NCBI GenBank assembly: GCA_963830435.1
Contig: CAWHMA010000005.1
Coordinates: 264,021 to 328,020, forward strand
Direction: 5' to 3'
Origin: an uncultured Solirubrobacterales bacterium
GTDB lineage: Bacteria > Actinomycetota > Thermoleophilia > Solirubrobacterales > Solirubrobacteraceae
Length of the DNA stretch: 64,000 bases
Program-made: the position numbers and the translations under genes
Shown: in pieces, positions 55,924 to 64,000 of the stretch
Numbering within the stretch: the stretch's first letter is position 1
Layout of the letters: every line of letters begins with the position of its first letter
The notes under the pieces: model-generated
What the model was told of the DNA's origin: nothing
The model's database searches: none
Seen by the model: only the letters and a program-made list of their open reading frames with translations

Positions 55924-57678
55924 GTGTCGACCGGTCCCTCGCTTTACCGCCGCCACCGCCCACGGACGTTCGCCGACGTCGTCGGGCAGGAGCACGTGGT
56001 GCGAACCCTCAGCAACGCCGTCCGGCAGGGCAAGGTGCACCACGCCTACCTGTTCGTGGGCTCGCGCGGGACGGGCAAGACGAGCACGGCCAAGATCCTC
56101 GCCGCCTGCATGAACTGCGTGGAGGGGCCCACGGTCACCCCCTGCGGCGTGTGTGACTCCTGCGTCTCGATCCATGGCGCCACATCGCTTGACGTGATCG
56201 AGATGGACGCTGCCTCCAACAATTCCGTGGACGACATCCGCGATCTGCGTGAGAAGGTGGCCTACGCGCCCGTCTCGGGCAAGCACAAGGTCTACATCCT
56301 CGACGAGGCGCACATGCTCTCCCAGCAGGCCTGGAACGCGTTCTTGAAGACGCTCGAGGAGCCCCCGCCGCGGACGATCTTCGTCCTCGCCACCACCGAG
56401 GCACAGAAGGTCCTGCCGACGGTCGTGGACCGCTGCCATCGCTTCGACTTCGGTCGTCCGACGGTGGAGCAGGTGGCCAAGGTGCTCGGCCGGGTCGCCC
56501 AGCAGGAGCACATCGACATCGACGGTCGAGCGTTGGCGCTGATCGCCCGCCACGCCACCGGCAGCTTCCGTGATGCCCTGGGGACGCTGGAACAGCTTGT
56601 CACCTACGCTGGCCAGGCGCCGATCCAGCCCGCCGATGTGCTGGCGGTGCTCGGCGTCGTCGACTCCGAGCAGCTGTTCGCGGCGATCGACGCCGTGGTC
56701 GCGCGAGATCCGGCCGGTGCGCTCCGGACCGCATCGAGACTGGCTGAGTCCGGTCGCGATCCCGGTCAGGTGCTGCGTGACCTGGAGGTGCACGCGCGCG
56801 AGCTGCTGATAGTCCAGGTCATGGGGCAGGTCCCGCCTGAGCTGCGCCTCACCCCGGAGCGTGACCGTCAGCTGGAGGAACAGGCGCAGGCCGTCTCCGA
56901 GACCGACGCCGTGCGACTGCTCGACCTGGTCGGGGCGGCGCTCGAGGCGACAACCAACGGCGCCCAGCCGCGGATTCAGTTGGAGCTGGTGCTGATCAAG
57001 GCCGCCGCCCCCGAGCTCGACCCGGCCACCGTGGCCCTGTCGGCGAGGATCGAGCGGCTCGAGGCGGCGCTGGGCGCCGGCCGTCCACCCACACCCGCTC
57101 CCGCATCCGCACCGGCTTCGGCACCCGACCGCGTGTCCGCACCCGCCGCTCCCGAACCCACCGCCTCCGCGCCCCCGGTGTCTGCGCCCGAACCCGCCCC
57201 GGCGTCCGCGCCCGAACCCGCCACGGCGTCCGCACTTGCGCCTGCACCCGTTGTCGACCCGGTTGAGATTCCCAACCCTCACACCGCGTTGGACCTCCAG
57301 GGCACGGTGTCGCTGTGGCCGGCGGTCGTGGACATCGTCCGCGCCGAGAACGCGATGATCGCCGCCCTGCTCGCCGGGGCACAGCCCGTGGCCATCGGCG
57401 AGCGGGAGCTGACCGTCGCCTTCCCCACCGAAGCCGCGTTCCTCAAGCGCAAGGCCGAACAGGAGGATCATCGCCGCGTGGCTACCGAGGCCTTCCGCAC
57501 GGTAACGGGACAGGCGCTGAAGCTGCGCTACGAGCTGCGGGATCTAGGCGAGTTCGCGGATGAGCCGGCCCAGGCGCCGGTGCTCTCAGGCGAAGAGCTG
57601 GTGAAGCGCTTCCTGGAGGAATTCGACGCAGAAGAGCTGGATGCCGAAGACCATGACGACCGCAAGGCGGAGAGGTAG
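55924..57678 (+). CDS. dnaX: DNA polymerase III subunits gamma/tau
   Basis: [19 protein letters not shown], Walker [14 protein letters not shown], Zn module [19 protein letters not shown], Pro/Ala-rich linker. GTG 55924 start. Confidence 0.9.
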   Translation: MSTGPSLYRRHRPRTFADVVGQEHVVRTLSNAVRQGKVHHAYLFVGSRGTGKTSTAKILAACMNCVEGPTVTPCGVCDSCVSIHGATSLDVIEMDAASNNSVDDIRDLREKVAYAPVSGKHKVYILDEAHMLSQQAWNAFLKTLEEPPPRTIFVLATTEAQKVLPTVVDRCHRFDFGRPTVEQVAKVLGRVAQQEHIDIDGRALALIARHATGSFRDALGTLEQLVTYAGQAPIQPADVLAVLGVVDSEQLFAAIDAVVARDPAGALRTASRLAESGRDPGQVLRDLEVHARELLIVQVMGQVPPELRLTPERDRQLEEQAQAVSETDAVRLLDLVGAALEATTNGAQPRIQLELVLIKAAAPELDPATVALSARIERLEAALGAGRPPTPAPASAPASAPDRVSAPAAPEPTASAPPVSAPEPAPASAPEPATASALAPAPVVDPVEIPNPHTALDLQGTVSLWPAVVDIVRAENAMIAALLAGAQPVAIGERELTVAFPTEAAFLKRKAEQEDHRRVATEAFRTVTGQALKLRYELRDLGEFADEPAQAPVLSGEELVKRFLEEFDAEELDAEDHDDRKAER

Positions 57679-58014
57679 ATGCCCCCACAGCCGAACATGC
57701 AGCAGATGCTCAAGCAGGTGCAGAAGATGCAGCAGGAGATGATGCAGGCCCAGGAGTCGCTCAAGGACGAGGTCGTCGACGCCTCCGCCGGGGGCGGCAT
57801 GGTCACGGTCGAGGTGACGGGGGAGCTGCACGTGAAGTCGATCAAGATCGATCCCCAGGCGGTCGATCCCGAAGATGTCGAGCTGCTCCAGGACATGGTC
57901 CTGGCCGCCGTCAACGAGGGCCTGCGCGCCGCCCAGGAGCTGGCGTCCAGCAAGCTGGGGGGGATCGCCGGCGGCCTCGGCGGCCTCGGCGGCCTGGGGC
58001 TGCCGGGCGTCTAG
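57679..58014 (+). CDS. ybaB: YbaB/EbfC nucleoid-associated protein
   Basis: [22 protein letters not shown]...[22 protein letters not shown]. Confidence 0.9.
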   Translation: MPPQPNMQQMLKQVQKMQQEMMQAQESLKDEVVDASAGGGMVTVEVTGELHVKSIKIDPQAVDPEDVELLQDMVLAAVNEGLRAAQELASSKLGGIAGGLGGLGGLGLPGV

Positions 58015-58043
58015 CCGTCCGAGCCCTCGTCGGTCCATCGTCG

Positions 58044-58643
58044 ATGTACGCACCTCCGGTTCAGCGCTTGATCACCGAGCTCTCCAAGCTCCCAGGGGTC
58101 GGCGGGCGGACCGCACAGCGGCTGGCCTTTCATCTGCTGCGGGCGGAGGAGCAGGACGCGATCGCGTTGGCGGAGGCGATCCGTGAGGTCAAGGAGCGCA
58201 TCGGACTGTGCGAGGTCTGTTACAACCTTGCCGACGGCCCGACTTGCCGCATCTGCGCCGACGCGCGGCGGGATCCCGAGGTCATCTGCGTGGTCGAGGA
58301 GCCCTCGGACGTGATCTCGATCGAGCGGACGCACGAGTTCGGCGGCCGCTATCACGTGCTCGGCGGCGCGCTCTCGCCGATCGACGGCATCGATCCCGAG
58401 GATCTGAAGATCGCTGAGCTCTACGCGCGGATTGGTGACGGTGCTGTCCGGGAGGTGGTGATCGCCACCAACCCGACGACCACCGGGGAGGCGACCGCGT
58501 TGCACATCGCCGCCGAGCTGCGGCAGATCGACCCGGGGCTGTCGGTGACGCGCCTGGCCTCCGGGCTGCCGGTGGGCGCCGACCTGGAGTACGCCGACGA
58601 GCTGACGCTGGGGCGCGCGCTGGCCGGTCGTCGCGCGCTGTAA
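58044..58643 (+). CDS. recR: recombination protein RecR
   Basis: [24 protein letters not shown], Zn finger CEVCYNL...CRIC, Toprim region. Confidence 0.9.
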   Translation: MYAPPVQRLITELSKLPGVGGRTAQRLAFHLLRAEEQDAIALAEAIREVKERIGLCEVCYNLADGPTCRICADARRDPEVICVVEEPSDVISIERTHEFGGRYHVLGGALSPIDGIDPEDLKIAELYARIGDGAVREVVIATNPTTTGEATALHIAAELRQIDPGLSVTRLASGLPVGADLEYADELTLGRALAGRRAL

Positions 58644-58723
58644 CGCCGTACTGGGCTGTTTGCGTTCGGGCGGCGGGCGGAGTAGCGTCGCCATCCACCT
58701 GCAGCGAGAGGAGACGGCGGGTC

Positions 58724-60244
58724 ATGCGACGATTGCTGGCGGCGCTCGCGTCGGTTGCTGCGGTGTTGGCGCTGAGCGCCTGCGCCGGCAAGACGACTGG
58801 TGCCACCCAGGTGGGGTCCACCTCGGCGATGCTGCACGCCACCGCCAGCTGTGACCGGTCGCAGTCGTGCACCTGGTACTGGGAGTACTGGCCCGCGAGC
58901 CAGCCCCGATCAACCAGTACGAAGACCGCCGTCTACGGACCCGTGTCCGGCCCGACCGGAAGTCAGGCTGTCTCCGCGCAGATCAGCGGCCTGGATTCCG
59001 GCACGACCTATCGCTGGGTGTTCTGTGCCTCGCCGAACGACGGGGGTGTGTACGGCTGCGCCGGTCCTCAGGGCACGTTTAGCTCCACAGCGGCCGATCC
59101 CCCGCCGGATTACGACACGTTCACGACGGCCCCGCAGCGCCCGTTGGCCGAACGCTGGAACGGGACGAGCTGGACGATTCAGACCATCGCGGATCCGGCC
59201 GGCCCCTCGGCGTTACTGTCGAGCGTGTCGTGCACCTCGGCGACGGCCTGCATGGCGGTCGGCAGCTACGAGGACAGCGCCGGGGACACCGTGACGCTGG
59301 CCGAGCATTGGGACGGGACGAGCTGGGCGATCGTGGCCACTCCCAGCCCCGCCGGATCGCAGCACAGCGTCCTGTCTTCCGTCTCGTGCACGGCGCCGAC
59401 CGCGTGCACCGCCGTGGGGACGAACTACACCAGCCAGGGAGGGACGACGCAGACGGTGCTGGTGGAGCGCTGGGACGGCACGAGCTGGACGATCCAGTCG
59501 ACTCCGACGCCCGCGGTCGACGATCCGACCCTCCTCGGCGTGTCGTGCACGTCCGCCACCGCCTGCATGGCCGTCGGCTTCTACGTCATCAATACGCAGA
59601 AGGAGAGCGGCATCGGCCAGACGCTCGCCGAACGCTGGGACGGCACGAGCTGGACGGTGCAGACGACTCCCAATCAGGGCGTCTCGGTCGGCGGCACCTT
59701 TTATCCCCAGTCGACCACGCTGGTCGACGTGTCGTGCACCTCCGCCACCGCCTGCACCGCGGTGGGTAACTACGCCGACACCGAGGGAGGAGAACACACG
59801 CTGGCGGCGGCGTGGAACGGCACGAGCTGGATTCTGGGGTACCCCCAGGATCCGACCGACGCCAAGGGCGTCGGCTTCTTCCTCGGGCTCAACGGCGTCT
59901 CGTGCAGCTCCGCCGCGGCCTGCACCGCCGTTGGCCTGTACGTGAACCAGAGCGGACAGACCGTGACGCTGTTCGAGCGCTGGAACGGCACCAGCTGGAC
60001 GCTGCAGCCCCCCGTCGGCTCGGGTGATGCGGGAAATGGCGTCTCGTGCGCCTCGAGCACCGCCTGCACCGCGGTGGGCGGCCAGCCCCTGCCCAGTGGC
60101 AACTATCAGCCGCTCGCGCAGGCGTGGGACGGCACGAGCTGGACGACTCAGAGCACCCCCGACCCCAACCCGGCGGACGACAGCTACTTCCAGGGCGTGT
60201 CGTGCACCTCTGTGGTGGCCTGCACCGCGGTGGGCCGGGGCTGA
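58724..60244 (+). CDS. lipoprotein with FN3-like module and seven W[DN]GTSW...VSC-x5-C-xAVG repeats (propeller-like)
   Basis: Lipobox LALSAC. Seven ~50-aa repeats each contain ERW[DN]GTSWT.Q and VSCTSATACTAVG-type Cys pairs. Confidence 0.75.
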   Translation: MRRLLAALASVAAVLALSACAGKTTGATQVGSTSAMLHATASCDRSQSCTWYWEYWPASQPRSTSTKTAVYGPVSGPTGSQAVSAQISGLDSGTTYRWVFCASPNDGGVYGCAGPQGTFSSTAADPPPDYDTFTTAPQRPLAERWNGTSWTIQTIADPAGPSALLSSVSCTSATACMAVGSYEDSAGDTVTLAEHWDGTSWAIVATPSPAGSQHSVLSSVSCTAPTACTAVGTNYTSQGGTTQTVLVERWDGTSWTIQSTPTPAVDDPTLLGVSCTSATACMAVGFYVINTQKESGIGQTLAERWDGTSWTVQTTPNQGVSVGGTFYPQSTTLVDVSCTSATACTAVGNYADTEGGEHTLAAAWNGTSWILGYPQDPTDAKGVGFFLGLNGVSCSSAAACTAVGLYVNQSGQTVTLFERWNGTSWTLQPPVGSGDAGNGVSCASSTACTAVGGQPLPSGNYQPLAQAWDGTSWTTQSTPDPNPADDSYFQGVSCTSVVACTAVGRG

Positions 60245-60331
60245 TTGGTCGCGGGCGCTCAGCCACGCCGAGCTCTCGCTCATCGGGACGAGCAACAGCA
60301 GCGCCACCTCAGCCACGAGGCGCCGCCCGCA

Positions 60332-60354
60332 CCGCCGCCGGCAGCCGGCGGCGG
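60332..60354 (+). terminator. strong GC hairpin (I-shaped terminator or ask leader element)
   Basis: CCGCCGCCGG-CAG-CCGGCGGCGG: perfect 10-bp stem, 3-nt loop, no U tract. It lies 88 nt after the lipoprotein stop and 39 nt before ask. Confidence 0.4.
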
Positions 60355-60392
60355 AGGTACGTACCCGGGCTCACCGCGTACCCTCAGGGTTG

Positions 60393-61664
60393 ATGGCCGA
60401 TCAGCCCACGGTGGTGATGAAGTTCGGCGGCACCTCGGTGTCCGACGCCGAGCGCATCAAGCGCGCCGCGCGGCGGATCGTCGCGCAGCGCGAGGCCGGC
60501 CGGCGGGTGGTCGCGGTTCTCTCGGCGCGGGGCAAGACCACCGACGAGCTGATCGCCATGGCCGAGGAGGTGTCCCCGTTGCCGGACCCCCGTGAGCTGG
60601 ACATGCTGCTCTCAACTGGTGAGCGGATGTCCTGCGCCCTGTGCGCGATGGCGATCAACGACCTCGGCCACCGGGCGATCTCGCTGACCGGCTCCCAGGC
60701 CGGCATCGTCACCGATGCCTCCCACACGAAGGCGCGGATCCTCGATGTGCGTGCTGACCGTATTCGCCAGGCGCTGGGCGATGATCTGATCGTGCTCGTG
60801 GCCGGTTTCCAAGGTGTCTCCACCAGTCGGGACGTGACCACCCTCGGCCGTGGCGGATCCGACACCACGGCTGTCGCGGTCGCGGCGGCGATCGATGCCG
60901 AGGTGTGCGAGATCTACACCGACGTCTCCGGGGTGTTCACCGCCGATCCGCGGATCGTCCCCGAGGCACGTAGGCTGCCCTACCTGAGCTTTGAGGAGAT
61001 GCTGGAGATGGCGGCCTCGGGCGCCAAGGTGCTTCAGCTTCGCTCAGTCGAATATGCCCGTACCCACAACGTGCGGATCCACTGCCGCTCCAGCTTCGAG
61101 GACGGTCCGGGTACCGTGGTGCTAGGAGAAGACGAGACGATGGAGCACCCGCTGATCACTGCAGTCACCCACTCGGCCGAGGAGGCTCGCATCACGCTGC
61201 TGGGCGTGCCCGATCGTCCCGGTGCGGCGGCGGCGATCTTTCGCGCCCTGGCCGATGCCGGCTGCAACGTCGACACGATCATCCAGAACGAACCGCGTGG
61301 CGCCGGACGCGATGCCGAGGTGTCGTTCACGATCTCCAGCGACGATCTGCGGGTCGCTGACGAGGCCCTCGCGCCGGTGCTGACCGACCTGGGGATCGAG
61401 CACGTGGACCGCGATCCGGACATCGGCAAGGTCTCGATCGTCGGCGCCGGGATGCGCTCTCATCCTGGTGTGGCGGCGCAGGTGTTCGAGACGCTCGCTG
61501 CCGAGGACATCAACATCGAGATGATCTCCACGTCGCCGATCAAGATTTCGTGCGTGATCCGCGCCGGTCACGTTCCCCAGGCGGTGCGCGCCTTGCACGC
61601 GGTGTTCGACCTCGGCGCCTCCGAGGTGCGCGAGGAGCGGCCGATCGGGCAGGAGGCACGATGA
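60393..61664 (+). CDS. ask: aspartate kinase
   Basis: VVMKFGGTSV, GRGGSDTTAVAVAAA, two C-terminal ACT domains. ATG 60393 lies inside ORF 60024..61664. Confidence 0.9.
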   Translation: MADQPTVVMKFGGTSVSDAERIKRAARRIVAQREAGRRVVAVLSARGKTTDELIAMAEEVSPLPDPRELDMLLSTGERMSCALCAMAINDLGHRAISLTGSQAGIVTDASHTKARILDVRADRIRQALGDDLIVLVAGFQGVSTSRDVTTLGRGGSDTTAVAVAAAIDAEVCEIYTDVSGVFTADPRIVPEARRLPYLSFEEMLEMAASGAKVLQLRSVEYARTHNVRIHCRSSFEDGPGTVVLGEDETMEHPLITAVTHSAEEARITLLGVPDRPGAAAAIFRALADAGCNVDTIIQNEPRGAGRDAEVSFTISSDDLRVADEALAPVLTDLGIEHVDRDPDIGKVSIVGAGMRSHPGVAAQVFETLAAEDINIEMISTSPIKISCVIRAGHVPQAVRALHAVFDLGASEVREERPIGQEAR

Positions 61665-62665
61665 GCCGGCACCCGCGGGTCGCTGTGGTTGGCGCCACCG
61701 GGGTCGTCGGAACGACGATGCTGGCGCTGCTGGTCGAGCGCGAGTTCCCGGCCAGCGAGGTCGTACCGTTCGCTTCGGAGCGCTCGGTCGGCCGCGTGCT
61801 GGGCGGCCACAGCGTCCAACCGCTGCACGAGGACACGATCCAGGGCTTCGACATCGCGGTGTTCTCCGCCGGCGCGAGCGTGTCCCGCCAGTGGGGTCCG
61901 CGCTTCGTCCAGGCCGGCGCGGCCGTGATCGACAACTCCTCCGCCTTCCGGCGCGATCCACAGATCCCGCTGGTCGTGGCCGAGGTCAACCCGCACGTCC
62001 TCGAGGGGTATCGCGGACTGATTGCCAACCCGAACTGCTCGACGATGCAGCTGATGGTGGCGCTGGCGCCGATCCACCGGGCGGTCGGGATCGAGCGGCT
62101 GGTGGTGGCCACCTATCAATCGGTCTCGGGCATGGGTAAGAAGGCGATCGACGAGCTGAACGGACAGGCACATGCCTACGTGCACGACGAGCCGATTCCC
62201 CCCCCGCAGGTCTATCCCGAGCCAATCGCGTTCAACGTGATCGGCGCTGCCGGCTCGTTTGCCGACGGGGACGACCACACAGACGAAGAGCGCAAGATGA
62301 TGTTCGAGACCCGCAAGATCCTTCAGGACGAGTCGATCGGGGTGTCGGTGACCTGTGTGCGCGTGCCGGTGATGGTCGGTCACTCCGAGGCCGTCAACGT
62401 GCAAACGCGTGATCCGCTGTCCGCTGCCGAGGCGCGCGAGCTGCTGGCCAGCGCGCCGGGACTAGCCCTGGAGGACGTGCCGACTCCCGTGCGTGCCGCC
62501 GGTCGTGATGAGGTGTTCGTCGGTCGCCTTCGTGACGACGACTCACACCCGCGGGCGTTGAGCATGTGGGTGGTTTCCGACAACCTGCGCAAGGGCGCGG
62601 CCACCAACGCGATCCAGATCGCTGAGTTGCTGGTCGATGCCCAGGACCGCGCCCAGGTTGCCTGA
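61661..62665 (+). CDS. asd: aspartate-semialdehyde dehydrogenase
   Basis: VAVVGATGVVG, NPNCSTMQLM active-site Cys. ATGA overlap with ask. Confidence 0.9.
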   Translation: MSRHPRVAVVGATGVVGTTMLALLVEREFPASEVVPFASERSVGRVLGGHSVQPLHEDTIQGFDIAVFSAGASVSRQWGPRFVQAGAAVIDNSSAFRRDPQIPLVVAEVNPHVLEGYRGLIANPNCSTMQLMVALAPIHRAVGIERLVVATYQSVSGMGKKAIDELNGQAHAYVHDEPIPPPQVYPEPIAFNVIGAAGSFADGDDHTDEERKMMFETRKILQDESIGVSVTCVRVPVMVGHSEAVNVQTRDPLSAAEARELLASAPGLALEDVPTPVRAAGRDEVFVGRLRDDDSHPRALSMWVVSDNLRKGAATNAIQIAELLVDAQDRAQVA

Positions 62666-62736
62666 CCCTCAGCTCTACGAGGTGATCCGCGGCGAGCGCT
62701 GGGGCGAGGCCTGGTGACGGCAGGGAGCCACGTTGC

Positions 62737-63363
62737 TCAGCGGCGGGGCCGCAGCTCGCGCCGCGTTCTGACCCCGAGCTTGCGATAGACACGCCGCGCG
62801 TGAGTTCGAACCGTCTCCACGCTGACGTGGAGCGACTGCGCGATCTCCGCGTTGGTGCGACCACTCTGCAACAGCTCCAGCACATCCGCCTCCCGCGGGG
62901 TCAGCAGCTCGGGTCCGGCGACATCGTGGTGATCGATAGAGGTTGGTGGCATCACGTGCAGCCCGCGTGAGGCGAGGTGGATCGCATGCAGCACGTCCCG
63001 CGCCTGCGTGCTCTTGGCCAGGCAGGCGGTGGCGCCGAAGGCCAGCATCTGCCGGGACTCGGATGGGGTGGGACGGTTGGCCAGCACCACCAGCCGGCTC
63101 GCCGGGAACGCCCGGTGCAGATCGCGCACCTCGGAGGTGCTGCGGAGTGAGCCGAAGTTCAGAATCGTCACCTGGGGCAGGTGATGCCCGAGCATCTGTG
63201 CCATCCGCTCGGGCGGGATGTCCGCCGCCAGCAGCCGCAGCGTCGGATCCTCCTCGATCAGCGCCCGCAGCCCACGGCTGACGATGTCCTCAAAGCGCGC
63301 CAGTGCGACTGAAACGGGTGGACGAGTGACCATGGCAATGGGCGGTCGCCTCTCGCGCCGCAC
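62737..63363 (-). CDS. atypical LuxR-family regulator with pseudo-receiver domain
   Basis: LuxR HTH LTPREADVLELLQSGRTNAEIAQSLHVSVETVRTHARRVYRKLGV. The receiver-like N-half has Asn (VTILNFG) where the phospho-acceptor Asp is expected. Confidence 0.75.
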   Translation of the reverse strand: MRRERRPPIAMVTRPPVSVALARFEDIVSRGLRALIEEDPTLRLLAADIPPERMAQMLGHHLPQVTILNFGSLRSTSEVRDLHRAFPASRLVVLANRPTPSESRQMLAFGATACLAKSTQARDVLHAIHLASRGLHVMPPTSIDHHDVAGPELLTPREADVLELLQSGRTNAEIAQSLHVSVETVRTHARRVYRKLGVRTRRELRPRR

Positions 63364-63574
63364 TGAGCTTATCGGCAGCGGGTGACCCGAGCATCACCCC
63401 TGAGCGGCATCTCCCTCACCCCAAGATCACCCCGGGGAGGGGAAGACATCGGTTCCGGCGCCGGCAAAGATGGACATCGCACACTCCCCGCGGGACAAAC
63501 AGGGGTAGCGGCGAGCGGGCGGGGTACGGGGCCCCGCCCCTCGTCCTTTCAGCCGCTTCCCCAGAGCCAGCCGC

Positions 63575-63615
63575 CTGTCGCCAAACCTGCCGTATGTGAG
63601 CGGATTTGGCGACAG
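63575..63615 (-). terminator. 11-bp-stem hairpin just downstream of the SDR gene
   Basis: CTGTCGCCAAA-N19-TTTGGCGACAG begins 8 nt past the stop at 63623. No U tract. Confidence 0.35.
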
Positions 63616-63622
63616 GTCCTTG

Positions 63623-64000
63623 TCAAGTTTCGCCACGCTGACGCCGCGCCTCGGCGAGCGGACGACCTTCGGCGTCCGCGGCCGGGGCCGGAGGCCAGCG
63701 ACCCAGCCAGTTGTCCCGGGCTCCGTCGATCGTCAACACCGTGCCGGAGACGAAGTCACCGGCCGGCGAGGCCAGGTATGCCACCAGCCACGCAACCTCC
63801 TCCGCCCGGCCCAGTCGACCGGCCGGGACCGAGTCCACCATCGAGTCGACGATCGGCTGGGGGTACTTGGTCAGCATCGTTTCCGTGCCGAACTGGCCGA
63901 CGGCGATCGCGTTGAGCGTGATGCCGTAGCGAGCCCACTCGATCGACAGCACCCGCATCAGGTTCTCGACCGCGGCCCGGGCGGCCGATGAGTGCGCCAT
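63623..64000 (-). CDS. SDR-family oxidoreductase, C-terminal part (5-prime end beyond the window)
   Basis: AHSSAARAAVENLMRVLSIEWARYGITLNAIAVG...GRLGRAEEVAWLVAYLASPAGDFVSGTVLTIDG is the typical SDR C-terminal half. Truncated by the window edge. Confidence 0.75.
   Translation of the reverse strand: MAHSSAARAAVENLMRVLSIEWARYGITLNAIAVGQFGTETMLTKYPQPIVDSMVDSVPAGRLGRAEEVAWLVAYLASPAGDFVSGTVLTIDGARDNWLGRWPPAPAADAEGRPLAEARRQRGET

Noticed and set aside
55909-57471. 520-aa minus-strand ORF
   Set aside because: It is antisense to dnaX. Composition is Arg/Gly-rich with no motifs.
55924-57678. Programmed frameshift or slippage site in dnaX for a gamma subunit
   Set aside because: No A-rich slippery heptamer or poly-A run is visible. 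The Pro/Ala-rich near-duplicate ([16 protein letters not shown]) is only linker low complexity.
59213-60316. 367-aa minus-strand ORF
   Set aside because: It is antisense to the seven-repeat lipoprotein. Its own repetitiveness merely mirrors the sense-strand repeats.
60024-60392. N-terminal extension of the aspartate kinase ORF
   Set aside because: The canonical kinase N-terminus (VVMKFGGTSV) follows ATG 60393. The upstream part overlaps the lipoprotein gene and a strong hairpin.

Overview
High-GC (about 68-70% by eye), densely coding chromosomal segment of an Actinomycetota-type genome. The dnaX-ybaB-recR and ask-asd synteny supports this; a Thermoleophilia/Solirubrobacterales-like lineage is only a guess. 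Layout: (i) 1-10.2 kb holds signalling and redox genes: a GAF-GGDEF protein with a degenerate GGDQF site, a desaturase, two tandem GAF-ANTAR regulators, a YoaK-like membrane protein, an SDR, a methyltransferase, a YHYH lipoprotein, a deletion-scarred OmpR/histidine-kinase pair, and two convergent cupredoxins (one PKD-fused with an LPXTG-type anchor). (ii) 10.2-12.6 kb is gene-poor. (iii) 12.57-15.97 kb is a fluoride-riboswitch operon with a CPA antiporter, two crcB genes and a single-chain triple-DUF190 protein. (iv) 16-17.7 kb holds relics (an ArsB-type permease fragment and two excisionase-type HTH genes) abutting tRNA-Val(CAC). (v) 17.8-55.5 kb is the dominant feature, a ~38 kb Wzx/Wzy-type surface-glycan locus. 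It encodes an initiating sugar-phosphate transferase, two GT4, Wzx, a Wzy_C protein and a Wzz/BY-kinase. It also has WbpA/B/E/I-like amino-uronic-acid enzymes, two AsnB amidotransferases, an ATP-grasp, a methyltransferase and a CE4-like deacetylase. Further members are a bi-domain oxidoreductase, a cytoplasmic heparinase II/III-like protein, an alpha/alpha-toroid protein, DUF354 and a flavin monooxygenase. Secreted lyase-like and BNR-propeller enzymes, two paralogous orphan LuxR-type response regulators, and a secreted Ser/Pro/Thr heptad-repeat protein encoded by 14 tandem 21-bp units complete the locus. (vi) 55.7-64 kb holds core genes: SRP RNA, dnaX, ybaB, recR, a 7-repeat Cys-containing propeller-like lipoprotein, ask-asd, an atypical LuxR regulator and a truncated SDR gene. 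No CRISPR array, rRNA, transposase or integrase was recognised. Many long ORFs in the supplied track are antisense or alternate-frame artefacts of high GC. All calls rest on motif recognition by eye; no searches or computations were run.
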